Assembly: GCA_043228905.1 (NCBI GenBank)
Contig: JBHGNT010000020.1
Span: 13,020,001-13,084,000, forward strand
DNA from: Azolla caroliniana
Lineage: Eukaryota; Plantae; Polypodiophyta
Length of the DNA stretch: 64,000 nucleotides
Direction of reading: 5' to 3'
A model generated the notes under the pieces. That model was not told where the DNA came from, made no database searches, and worked only from the letters and a program-made list of their open reading frames with translations. Below, piece after piece: positions 25,289 through 38,170 of the stretch. How positions within the stretch are numbered: position 1 is the first letter of the stretch; each line of letters starts with the position of its first letter. The position numbers and the translations under genes were made by a program.

Positions 25289-25511
25289 CCGCACTATGTG
25301 TTGAGTATGTGGATGCCAATAACACAAGATTCCTTATTTCTATCGTTGCTTCTCGAACAGACCACCAAATTTAACTTGTTATATCTCGTTACGAAGCTCT
25401 AATCGAGGGCTTTCTAATGCATATCTTTATGCTCAATTCTGTTACCGATAGAGAGCGCAACAATAAAAATAATTTCGTTTCTTCTTCCTCTCTCCACTCT
25501 TGCTTTTTTTC

Positions 25512-25552
<41 letters not shown>

Positions 25553-25556
<4 letters not shown>

Positions 25557-25960
25557 ACATTAAGGGTATTATGGAAAAAAGTCGATTACAAGGAAAGACA
25601 CTCTATTGTTGCTTTATTGATTTTAAAAAAACACTTGATATATGTGGAGAGATCAAGCTCAACTTAGTTTAGTTATTTAGTCAACTATGTAACTTTGTAG
25701 TTACTTAGATAGAATCTAGTTAGAAGTGTTGATTATAACGCCTTAAATAGGACCTTGTACTTAAGTGGGATATTCTAGACCCTCCACTCCTAAGTACATT
25801 TAATATAGGACTTACACTTTTGTACCTATATTATCCTCACACATGTGCACCTTTGCACATGAGATCTATATATACCTCTTTGTAGGTATTTTTGTATTTG
25901 ATGATGATAATGCTAATTTAATATAGTTACTCATCCCCCATCTTGTGTTATTCATAAGTG

Positions 25961-26003
<43 letters not shown>

Positions 26004-29000
26004 CACATACACACACATATCACATAATCTTCTGCTTAACTTAATCACATAATTAGATACTAATTAACCCTTAATTACTTACCTAATTCTTAACATGGTA
26101 TCAAAGCATGTGGTTTAGAAAATCCACTAAGCCCACCCGACTCCGTGATTGTGTGTTCGAGACGCCGACGACAAAATCTGGTTATCCGCTACCGTAGTGC
26201 CGCTATGTAGCACGTGTATGTGACCGAAGGAAGGAAAGCCAAAACGGAAGACACTACAATCAACATGAACACACAAATGGGTAGCTCGCTCCCTAGTGAA
26301 AAGCTAGACCGGAGCAATTATTCATCTTGGGAGTACAAGATGAACCAATACCTTGTCGACCAAAAGTATTGGAGCTACACCAACGATGCTCAAGAAAATC
26401 GACCCGACCCAAAGAACGCCGATTACTCAACATAGGAGCAAGTAGCGAGTCGAGTCATGTATTGTTTGGCAACATGTGTCCACGACCACATGCTTAGCCA
26501 CATTCGAGACGCCGAGACTCCCAAAGAGGCGTGGGAGAACTTAAAGAAAATGTTCGCCGCCAACACGACCGCCCGAAAGCTTCAACTCTGACAAGAGTTG
26601 AACAACATTCAGCAAAAAGACATGTCCGTGTCTGATTACACTGCCAAGATTAAGAGCATTTGTGACTCGCTTGGCTCCATCAAAATAAACATCGACGAAG
26701 ACGAGATAGTTCAAGTATGCTTTGACGGCCTCACACAACGATTCAACTCATTGAGGACGGCAATCTTAGTGAAGGAAAATCCTCCTTCATTCTTCAACCT
26801 TCAATCAATGCTAATGGTTGAAGAGAACCACGTCCAAACCAAAACCAAGAAATCAGAAGGACAAATGTTCTTCTCGAATTCGGATGGTGGCCGAGGACAA
26901 AGTCGAGGCGGTAGAAGAGGCCAATTCGGCCCATCACACGAAGGGAACTCAAACCTTCACGGAAGCCATCAAGGAACCTTCGGAAGAAGGGGGAGCTTCC
27001 ATGCCGATCAAGGTTGGCAAATGAGGCCCGCAACTTGCAATTATTGCAGCAAAATCGGCCACCGCAAAGAGGAGTGTCGGAAAAAAAGAAGTGAGTCGGC
27101 TTCAACAAGCCGACAACTCACAAACTACGCCAACAACTCCGAATACGACGACTACAGTGGTCAATTCGTAATGAGACATAGAGCGAACTCTATGATGGCC
27201 TCCAACTCCACAAGCTCCTCCAATTCGGAAGACGTGTGGTTCGTCGATTCCGGCACCTCACATCACATGACATCCCACGAAGAGTGGTTCAGTGATTTGC
27301 ACACACCCGATTGACCCGGTGTCGTAGAGACGGGTGACGACACGACACATCCCATTTGGCACATCAATAATGTCCCATTCGGGAAAGACGGCGAACAAAC
27401 TTGCATCAAGAATGTCTTGCACGTGCCCACAATAACGAAGAATTTGGTCTCGATCGGCCAAATCGTGGAGCAAGGCATGCAAGTCCGCTTCAACAACAAA
27501 GGTTGTTTCATCGAGAAAGATGGCCGACTCATAGCTAAGGGGCGAAGAGATGGTCAAATGTTCATCCTCGATTTGAACAAGGTGAAATCGGCAATGTACG
27601 CTAAAGGTCTCAAAACCAAGACAAGCATCGAGTTGTGGCACAAGAGAATCGACCACATAAATGTCCAACGGCTCTGAGCTATGCAATCAAAGGGAGTCGT
27701 CATCGGACTTCCGACATTCGAGTCGAAACGAGTCGACCGAGTATGCGAAGCGTGTCAACTCAGCAAACAACATCGACTCCCATTCCCGAAGGAGAGCCAC
27801 GCAAGCAAAGGCCTCCTCGACATCATACACTCGGATGTATGGGGACCAACTCAAACGCCGACGATCGGCGGATGTCGATTCTACGTCACCTTCATTGACA
27901 ACTACTCGCGCTACACGTGGATCTTCCCGATAAAGAAGAAGAGTGAAGTGTTCTCCCACTTCCAAAAGCTCAAGGGCCAAGTTGAAAAAGAAACTGGTCG
28001 GCACATTCGATGCCTACGATCGGGTGGAGGCAAGGAGTACTTCTCCGATGAATTCACCTCCTACCTCCAAAGTGAAGGCATTCGGAGAGAAATCTCATGC
28101 CGACACACACCCCAACAAAATGGAGTCACCGAAAGGAAGAATCAGCAAATACTCGAGGTAGTACGGGCCATGTTACATGAAAAGCACATGTCGAACTTTG
28201 ATTGGGCCGACGCGGCATCCACGATCGTTTATCTCATGAACTGGTGCACCACCAATGGATTCCATGAGCTAACTCCCAACAAGCTCCTCGTTGGAAGGAA
28301 GTCGATCCTGTCACACCTCAAGGTGTTCGGAAGCATTGCGAATGTACGCATCCCAAACGAACAACGATAGAAGCCCAACGCAAAGTCGTAGGAATGTATC
28401 CTCATAGGATACTCGTCCGAGAAGAAGGCATACAAGTGCTACAACCCTTCTGCCCGAGCAGTTCGGGTAAGTCGAGACATAGTCTTCGACGAGTTTGCAT
28501 CCTGGTACGCACCAAAGACAACTTCGACTCTGACTTCGCTCAACCCGGAATCCACCGAACAAGAGGTAGAAGATGGAGATCGCTTCGAACACATGTTCGA
28601 AGAAAGTTCGATTACGGCAAGGCCTAGTGGGCCACAAGAGCCCCCACGCGACCCAACCACATCGCGGCCAAGTACGAACTTGGACAAAGGCAAAGGTAAG
28701 ATGCCCGAATACGAAGTCGATCACCCCGACAACAGTGATTCGGATGTGTCGGCTCCCTCACTAAACAGTGAATTCGGTGTACCCATCATGCGGACACTCG
28801 GAGTAAGGAAGACGCTCACATCGGCGAGCAAAAAACTTCGATGCTCTTCTAGAGAGAAGAACCTCGTCACTCGGCTTGGCTACAACAAGTACATGGCCCA
28901 TCATTATGCCTTCACGATGAAGGTAGCGGCCGAACAAGAGCCCAAGAGCTCCACCGAAGCGGCTCATAACCCACGATGGGTGGAAGTAGTCGACCTTTGC

Positions 29001-31190
29001 CCACACGTCACTAGCTTGAGGGGGAGGACCCGAGATTGCCACGGCGAAGAAAGACGAAGGCTGGACGGAAGCCGCATAGAAGCCGACATCGAAAGCTGGA
29101 CAACGCTGAAAGCCAAAGTGGATGTCTGATGCCTCACACTTGAGCTTGAGGGGGCGTGTTGAGAGATCAAGCTCAACTTAGTTTAGTTATTTAGTCAACC
29201 ATGTAACTTTGTAGTTACCTAGATAGAATCTAGTTAGATGTGTTGACTATAAGGCCTTAAATAGGACCTTGTACTTAAGTGGGATATTCTAGATCCTCCA
29301 CTCCTAAGTACATTTAATATAGGACTTACACTTTTGTACCTATATTATCCTCACACATGTGCACCCTTGCACATGAGATCTATATATACCTCATTGTAGG
29401 TATTTTTGTATTTGATGATGATAATGCTAATTTAATATAGTTACTCATCCCCCATCTTGTGTTGTTCATAAGTGTGTGTGTCTCTCTCTCTCTTTCTTCC
29501 TCGATCACACATACACACACATATCACATAATTAGGTACTAATTAACCCTTAATTACTTACCTAATTCTTAATAATATAGTATCGTGAAGTGAGCTTTAG
29601 AATAGAATGGTGTAAATCAGCATGTCATTAGAGTATTGAGTTACTATTGCACGATTATATGAGCAAGTTAGATGCCAACTAAAAATTGAGAATGGTTTCT
29701 TAGAAAACGTTTTACGTAACATGGGGATTAAGCAAGGATGTCCTTTATCACCTAAACTCATTGGTTTATGCATTGATAAATTGGAAAAACTGGTTAATAG
29801 GGTTGCAAAGAAGAAGGATTAGATGCCCCAAAACTAATGCAACAAGTTATCTTATTGCTTTTCTATGCAGGTGATGTGGTTATCTTTTCATATGATGTTG
29901 ATGGTATGCAACATTTACTTTGAGCATTAGAAGCATTTTGCCAAAGTAGTGGACTAACTATAAATATGGATAAAACAAAATTGATGGTAATGTGAACCAT
30001 CTAGCCTCACCAATACCCTATGCTTACATATAAGGGAGAACATGTGCAATTTGTACAAAGCTTAGTATCTTGATATCGATGTACCTACCACGAATAAATG
30101 GAGTGTATACTTTGAGTCTAGACTATAACATGGCAAGTTGGTTGGAAAAGTTATTATATATTGGAAAAGAAATACAACCAAAGTGATACTCATGGATAGG
30201 AAGTAAAATTAATGTTATTTAATGCTATGGTAACACAAGTTTTGCTTTATGGAGTAGAAGTGTGGGGAGGCACTATCTCTCGTAATGCATGGAATGATAT
30301 TGAGAAGATTGAAAATATGTTTTTAAGGAGACAATTGGCAGTAAAATCCACCACCTCCTATCAAGTTATGCTCTTGGAAACATGTATTCAACCTATAGAG
30401 ATATTGCTACTATAGAGAACATATAGATACATTAAAAAAGTCAAGAATATGCCAAATCATAGATTACCAAAAGAATATAGATACATCTTGCTTGGAATGT
30501 TGGATGTAAACTACAAAAGAATGACAAGAGCAAAATTCTCTCATCGTGTTGGGTAGTTGACATAAAAAAATGGTTGAAAAGATGGGATGTGGAAGATCTC
30601 CTAGAGATTTCAAGTGATGCTATGAAATATCTGTTTATTCAGGAAAGATTAATGGACCCAATAAGGAAGAAGTGGAAAGATGTTAAAAGAACAAAATTAG
30701 AATATTACATTGCAAACATTAATATTGAATGTTGGGTTCTATATAAGGCAAGAAGGCCTATTGATCGCATTCAAACTTACCTCATTACTAGCATGAGTAT
30801 TAACTCTCATAGAGCCCTAACACTCCTTCAAACTCGATCACACAACCTAGGTATTGAAGTTGCATTATGGAATCAAAATTAGCCAAATGTAAAGACATGT
30901 AAGGTATGCAAAGAAGGGTTAGTGGAGAATGAATATCACTTGCTTTTTACGTGCTCTACATATAGTGCAATTCGTGAGAGCTATGATGATGTATTAAGAA
31001 GGGGTGATGACTTGAGTATCATATGTGTATGCCTTATTCACACATCGAGACTAGGTGCTTCAAAGTATGAATATCCTTTCTTAGGAAGGAGACACAGAAA
31101 GTGTGAATATCCTTTTTGATGTCATAGGGCCCTATGGATCAATATTGGCCTCTCTATGGACGCTAAAAATATCTACCAATCTATCTCTAT
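25553..31190 (+). mobile_element. 5'-truncated RTEX-like LINE interrupted by a copia element
   Basis: RT LYCCFIDFKK (~25600-25630) resumes after 29579; KQGCPLSP at ~29730; LLYGVEVWG, SHNLGIE, ENEYHLLFTC; (ATCT)n-like tail at ~31170-31190. Confidence 0.85.
25643..29574 (+). mobile_element. Ty1/copia element with both LTRs; gag-PR-INT present, RT/RNase H deleted
   Basis: LTRs 25643-26095 and 29157-29574; TSD ATATA; PBS TGGTATCAAAGC 26096-26107; PPT before 29157; gag knuckle CNYCSKIGHRKEEC, WFVDSGTSHHM, integrase HSDVWGP..TPQQNG. The frame jumps from the pre-RT EPKS..EA...PRW motif to the 3' end. Confidence 0.94.
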
Positions 31191-31279
31191 GTATATGTGT
31201 GTATGAATTTCAAATATCTTTTTCTTGCATTTTGTGTGTGCAATTAGGTTAATATCTTCTAAGAGGAGTGTAAGGTAGG

Positions 31280-31720
31280 TCACTATCTACCTTACTCACA
31301 TGGGACTAGCACCAAGCAAATGTGATTGCATGTGCTATAATATATGCTTTCAAGAAGGCAAGAAAAATATTCCTTTACATGTGATGCATTTCTTTGTAAC
31401 CACACATAATGAATGCATTTGAGCAATAAAGTATTTATTATGCATGTAATTGTTGTACGTTTGGTAGGATAATTGTAGAGTTGTAAGCAAACAAAGCATG
31501 TACAATTTACACAATGAAAGAAAGCTGATAAATTCACAATGCAAAGAATGATGTGTATATGCACTCACTAGTGTCTGGCATCAATCAATGTACTTACGAA
31601 TAATCCATAGTTGTTTCAAAGTCTTGTTTTTTGAATGCACACGGGAAAGATCATTGAAATCTAAAGAAGCATACAAGCATTATATGGAGAGAAAAATTAT
31701 AATCGGTGCTTTAATGAAAT
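31280..31720 (-). mobile_element. Possible very decayed DNA-transposase C-terminal remnant
   Basis: Cys-rich FSC....Y..CNH...LV.VP-like stretch; a similar weak stretch lies at ~45950-46300. Weak motif evidence only. Confidence 0.25.
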
Positions 31721-33139
31721 TTTGTACCCTTGAATTATTGAAATTTGAAATGTCATAAGTGATGATGCATTCTCCTCAAATCATATGAGTTTGACAAACA
31801 ACGTGTTTTCGATGTTTCTCCTACCTTTGGCCTTTTTCCTTCCCAGTGTCCTCTCATGAACTTTTAACATGAAAAAAGTCAATAGAGACATGCAAATAAT
31901 TCATGGTTTCTTTGGTAGAAGATGACAAAACCAAACGTTGAATTAACGCATTTATAAGATTCAACAATCCTTCCTAATAATTATAATAGCAACAATAATA
32001 CATGGAAACACCTCAAGTTATTCCTTCGTTTTATACACATTGTTGTCCATGATATTGACAAATACAAGTCATAAAGTCGGCGAAATATAGCATTAGTATT
32101 CTAAAGCAAAGAGGCCTCAAAATAAATAAATAAAAGGCATTATAAAACTTCAAGCAATAATCTCGGTGACAAATTGCATATGAATTCTAAATCAAAGAGA
32201 TCTCAAAATAAAAAAACGCATTATTATCACGAAATGATAAAACTTAAGTGTTAATCTTTGTGATAGATTGTTGGATTCTAAACCAAAGAAATCTCAAAAT
32301 CGTTAAGGCAATAGTAAAATTAGACCACCACATCTTTATTTCTTCCTAAAACAAAGACAACACTTTAAAATATGGATAGTTTCAAGGTTGAGTGTGGTAA
32401 CGAATAATGTTTTCATCCTATAGAGAGGCAAGTCCAATAACGATACTTGAATTTTTGGGGAAAAAAAGACACTTGAAACATCAACACGAATATACAAAAG
32501 ATATGCGCATATTCTCATCACTTTTCAAAATGATCTATCTCTCTTCCTACTCCATACTCTCTTGAATACAATGTTTGATCATTGTCATGAGTGATTGAGA
32601 CCTTGAAAACATTCTCTTTCTAGAAGCATTGAAATTTTGGACCAAGCATATGTGAACTAGTTCAGCTTGAGGGATTGACCTTTGAACACATCTACAAATA
32701 TACTTTATGTATATATTTACACTTGGAAGATCATATAGACTCTCTATAATAACTTCATATTACAAGGAACTATGGTTCTTTTTATGAGCCACCAAAATCT
32801 CTTGATCAAAAAATGGGCATCGAAGCAAAGATCCAAAGTTGATGACGAAAATCCCCTAATAATGCGGAGGGAATGTTTCCCTTGAGGACCACCAAAAGAG
32901 TTTTGAGTCTTAGCAAGGCGGTCACAATACAAGTATTATAGTTGGAATTAATGATTGTAATATTTTCCAAACAATCTCATAATTTAGAGGTGTATATGTA
33001 TATACACCTTTGTGAACTTTAAAAAGAGGTATTTTTAATAATGCAAGTTCCCATTACATTAAGCTCAACTTTATATCGAACAACGAAACTAGAAAGAGAA
33101 AAATATGGGTCTTGTGATCGAACCAAGAAGGAGAGAATA

Positions 33140-33570
33140 AGTTACTATGCAATAGAGAGCAACTTATGAGAGAGTTATTGAGGGAGAGTTCTTTGCAATG
33201 AGGAGGTTTGTGTATATATTGATCAAGCTTGAGAGGCAATACCTTGAGAAAATTATGAAAACATAGCTCAAACATATGTTAATAAGAGTTTTCTAGCAAG
33301 TGTCTTCAAAGATAGATTTACATCTAGTATAACCAAATTTTGGTAAATACACTCTTCAAATCCTACTACAAAGGAGAGAGACTAATCCTACCACAAAGGA
33401 GAGAGGGTAACTTAGCAGGTAGTATTAGAGGAACTTAGAAGGGGGTTATTGGAGGAGACATCTTTCCCATGATTAAGCTTGTTTGTATTGAACAAGCTTG
33501 AGATGCAACACTTTGAGAAAATTCTGATGACATAGTTAAAACCTACCGTGATAAGAGTTTTTAGTGAGTG
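33140..33570. repeat. Diverged ~275-bp tandem duplication
   Basis: caagcttgaga.gcaa.ac.ttgagaaaatt.tga..acatag..aaac.....ataagagtttt occurs at ~33224 and ~33493. Confidence 0.65.
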
Positions 33571-34439
33571 TAAAGTAACGAGATAGAGAAACATATTGAG
33601 TAAGTGTTGCTTAGTAGGTAAAGGTTGTTTGAGAAAAACAATGGGTTCCATATCAAAGCTCATATGCCAAATAGTGGTGTATTGTACAATATGATGCATT
33701 ACCTTTCATTTGTTTATGTATTGGTTATTTGTAAATCAAAGGATAAGCTTGTGTCTCGAAAATAAAATAATTAGTACAACTCCTTATAATGGAAGAGTTG
33801 TGAGGAAAAGTTCTCCTAAATTTAGAAAAAGACTAAATCGATTGTAAGACTTGCACTCCACTCTCCTATATTTAGACATGTTCAATATATATAAAACATA
33901 TGTCCAAGAAAAAATAAATTAGAATTCGCTCTTTTATCACTAGAGAGAATTGTGTCGCACACCAAGATGAACAAGGTAGGATCATAATCCATTGCAAACC
34001 AATATAATAGTCAAAAGTGGTTAGGCTAACTAGTCTACACAAAAAAGGGATTTCCTATCTATATAGCTAAAATGCATTATACATTTAGCATTATAGGATC
34101 TGCATAACATTAAAATATGAAAGTATGAGAGCCAAATTTCGTGATGATTATAAGCTATTGTTAATTCTTCTTGCCAAATTGCAAGGTATCAAACCTTTGA
34201 CATGGTTTATTAGACCATGTAAGGTTGCCATGTAGGAGATATCACTTTTGCATTTACACTATGATCTTGTGTAACTAGTGTGATTTAGAAACCTATCTCT
34301 TCCTCCTCCGATGTATTCTTCAAGGTGACATTGTTGACATCTTTCAACACCTCAATTTGTGTGTGTATTGGCACTAATCATAATCATTAGCCAGAAGTAA
34401 CCCTAAACCCTAAACTTTGGCCATAAGTAACCATAGAGT

Positions 34440-34940
34440 AAAACAAAAGATAGAATAAAGTATAGTAGAATAGATATTTTATTATCCATGAGGCAGCCAA
34501 TTTTGGGATATGGGATGAAATCAACATATATCATATATGTGACTCCTTCAAAAGAAGGGGATTACTGCTCTCCCCCATGTGACCTAAGTACACAAGTTTT
34601 CGTGACATGTGTTTGAGAAGGGATATTCATACTTTGGAGCACAAAGTCTCGATTTGTGAATAAGGGATACACATATGAGCTCACCCTTCTAGGTGTTCTC
34701 TTTAGTGTCATATTCAAGTCATCACCGCCTCTTAATATGTCATCATAGCTTTCGCGAATTGCGCTATATGCAAAGCATGTAAAAAGCAAATGATACTCAT
34801 TCTCAACTAGCCCTTCCACGGATACCTTACATGCCGTCATTTTTGACGAATTTTGTTGCCATAATGCAACTTCAATACTAGCTTTGTGTGATCAAGTGCA
34901 ACGAAGTGTCAAGAGTTAATAGTCATGTTAGTAATGAGGT
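34440..34940 (-). mobile_element. 3' fragment of an RTEX-like LINE
   Basis: ENEYHLLFTCFAYSAIRESYDD motif (34562-34840), homologous to 30900-31100. Confidence 0.8.
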
Positions 34941-35296
34941 AAGGTTGTTTCACTGAGAAGATAAGCTCATGTGTTTGAGACAACATATCATAGTGACACC
35001 TAATAAAGTAATTTGCACAATGTTAACCCAAAGTTAGATCTTTAACATCCATGGGAGATATTGATACAATGAAGGCATTAGTGTTTGGTCATGGTAAAGA
35101 TCAAGCTTCATTTTTCTTAGATCTATGACTTTGTGCTACAAAGCAAAGAAAACATTTTACTTAAGAGCCAAAACTGAGTTCCAAAATTAGCAAAGGATAC
35201 ACATGAAACTCATATATATAAAGGATGATGGAAATAATAGCACGCCTTTATGAGTGTTTAAATGGTGCAAGCAACTTGGTCGAGGAGACTACTTAT

Positions 35297-35328
<32 letters not shown>

Positions 35329-35734
35329 TGAGTGTTAGAGATTGTGAGACCAAGTCGCATTGGACAACTTGCTCTAGTAAAGTTGTTTCGATGTGTGTGT
35401 GTGTGTGAGAGAGAGACAGAGAGAGAGTTATGTTAGAAGCAAAAACTCATCCTTTTGACGAGTATTGTCAATAGACACTTTCTGAAAACTTATCTTTATT
35501 CAAGACATGATATTAAATTAGAAAAAAAAGTGGTAAAGTTTCTTTTGGATGAGGGATCACACACAATAAAGAGAGTTGAACTTATGGGTTGCTAGATGCT
35601 TGAGATATTTGTGAAACAAAAAAAAATGGATGCTTCTCAATTCTAAGGTTGTCTGACGGAGAACAAAAGATCATGTGTCCAAACCCTCTACATGAAACCA
35701 AATGCATGGACATATATATCACTTTTATTTATTA

Positions 35735-35890
35735 TACTCAAAGGTCAACTATGACCTATGAGATAAATGTGAAGTTAATTAATGACTCTCGATGTTCAAG
35801 GATTTTACTAGTGAGTTTACAATGGAGGGTGTGCACCTTGATTGTGAGGGATAGATATATTATATTGTCCTCAAAGGTCAAATATGGGGA
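35735..35890 (-). mobile_element. Very short RTEX-like 3'-end remnants
   Basis: aggtcaa.tatgacc, gactctcgatgttcaag and gatagatatattatattgtc match the 3' ends at 5940-6050 and 7620-7730. Confidence 0.55.
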
Positions 35891-36588
35891 TGAATCGTGT
35901 TCATGTTCTTTTTGTTGCTTACTTTGGCGGTTGTTGCTGGAAACCGTAGGGACGTTATCGCCTGATATGTGAGTTGGTGGGGCGTCATATTCGGCTTTCA
36001 TGTTGGCCTTTTCGTCACATGACTTTGGATCCCATGTTCATCTCTCAATGGAGTAATCTATTATTTGTTTACCTTTTTTCTACAACTAATATAATTCAAG
36101 TGGCCAAAATGGTTGACGAGGGGTGGGACAAAAAGTTATACAAGAATATAGGTAGTAGTATTATTAAACTACCTCCAAAGTTGACACAAAGATGTTCTCT
36201 AGAACTTAACCAAGGAAGGCACATGCTTTCCAGAACTTAACTAGGGGAGGCAAGCACTGGAGGTGCGAGTGGGGCATTGTTGGAACGAGGATCTTCGTCT
36301 AACTTAGTCATAAATGCACAATCGGTTTCAATTGTTTCACGAGTTCGTAGAGGGTAGAGAGTGAGACAGGAGGAGAAGAGATGGTGGGGTCAATCAGACA
36401 TGGCATGTGTGTGGGGAGGGGGGCGGGGGGTCCCACGTGTTAGAGTGCAAGGAAAGTGTCATCATCGGGATGGTTTCCAAGAAGAGTGACAGACTGCCTG
36501 ACAGACAGATCCCGAAGTGTTTATCAATTGACTCTTTGTCTCTGCCTCTCTCTTTCGTGTTGACAAACCCAAGTGTGGACCCATCAAT

Positions 36589-36650
<62 letters not shown>

Positions 36651-37367
36651 CTTGGTGGGCTACACCACCATAGCATCAAAAGTCATAAAATTGAGAGAGC
36701 CCAAGCCCGTATCCTCCTCATGGTTTATGGCCCGTCTCATTGATCATCGATCCATCCATCTCTCATTTGTAGAGTCGCCACTAGCTTTCACATGAAATGT
36801 ACACATCATATTTTACCTATGAAATGTATTACATGAAATGTAATATTTTTGGTTTCGCACGTCATATTTGACTTACAAAGACTTTCATTACAAAAGAAAG
36901 AAAGAAAACACCACCATGACACTTACAACAAAGTACATACATATAGAAGCCTTCTAGGGATCTAAATACTACTACTACTACTATTACTACTACTACTGTT
37001 GTTGCTGGTATTACGATTACAAACTCAAACACACCCTCAACACCAGTCCAAATATCCATTATCTTGCAAAGCTCTCTCTCTCTCTCTCTTCATGGTTTCA
37101 GATTTCGTGACTTCTCTGGGCACTCGCAAATTGCCACAGAAGAAGTCCTTTTAACTTTACAACATAATTTTCTCAACCCCAACTTGCGAATTGAAAGTGA
37201 AGGCATTCCGTATATTCCAATTGAACCATAGCCCCCTACCTCAAGAACTTACAAATAATTTGGAAACGAGGCAGGCATCTGTTAACTGCTCCGCTCCCCA
37301 CATGTGCAAAAAAGCCGAGCCGAAAGAAGAAGAAGAGTCTTACTCCGCTTAAAAGACATCCACACTA

Positions 37368-37402
<35 letters not shown>

Positions 37403-37454
37403 TGGTCTCACAAACACACACAAAAGTGACATAAGTTTGTTTGTTAAAATTGTA

Positions 37455-37785
37455 CCTATATAAAAAAGCAAGAAAGCAAAAAAGCAGGCTTTTGCTTTTT
37501 TGCTTTTTTGCTTTTTCTTCTTCTTGCATCTATGTATGTATATAAATACATATGGCGATTATATGTCTCCTGTGAGAGACAAGACGACGACCGAATAAAG
37601 AAACACAGAGAATACACAACACAGTAAAGTAAGCAAATCCGATCTTCATCTTCATCTTCTTCTTCTTCTTCTTCTTCTTCTTCTGTTTTCTTGCTGCTCT
37701 GATTTTCCATGTTGTATTAATTCTCTGCATACTTCTGTTTTCCGTGAGCAAGACAGCATATATAGAGTATAAGTACGCAAATCCG

Positions 37786-37851
<66 letters not shown>

Positions 37852-38123
37852 TTCATCTTCATCTTCATCTTCATCATCATCTTCTTCTTCATCTTCATCT
37901 TCTTCTACCTCCTCTCTGATTCTCTGATTTTCCGGTGTTGTACCACTTTCTCTGCATGCTTCTTATTTCCCTTGAGCAAGAGAGAAAGCTGAGAAGAAAC
38001 CATTCATTTTCCTCCCCCGCTTCTCTGATCCTTCCTCCCTGCTTTTCTCCTGTCCTTCCAAGAAATGCTGTTTAGTCTTCTTCTCTCTTCTTTCTGCAGG
38101 TTCCCCCTTCTTTTTTCTCAACC

Positions 38124-38170
<47 letters not shown>

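Larger units (their letters stand above)
9899..25500 (-). mobile_element. Near full-length decayed L1 LINE (~5.9 kb once nested insertions are removed)
   Basis: Poly(A) tail seen as poly-T at 9899-9922; zf-RVT (CFFC..EDSTHRFIQC, 11201-11428); RT (WRPISL, DLEKTYDHVNW, RQGCPISP; 12473-13252); APE (MKVVTWNVRG from 14724, GDFN, SDH); ORF1 20829-23452 with CFGCGEWGHFMAEC. ORF1 rejoins across the 21644 insertion (..ILFFTG|KLPYINW..). 5' limit approximate. Confidence 0.88.

Noticed and set aside
34399-34415. Telomeric repeat (CCCTAAA)2
   Set aside because: Only two units; at most a telo-box, not a telomere remnant.
37456-37992. Poly-Met, poly-Ile and poly-Glu ORFs
   Set aside because: Translations of (CAT)n and (CTT)n microsatellites.
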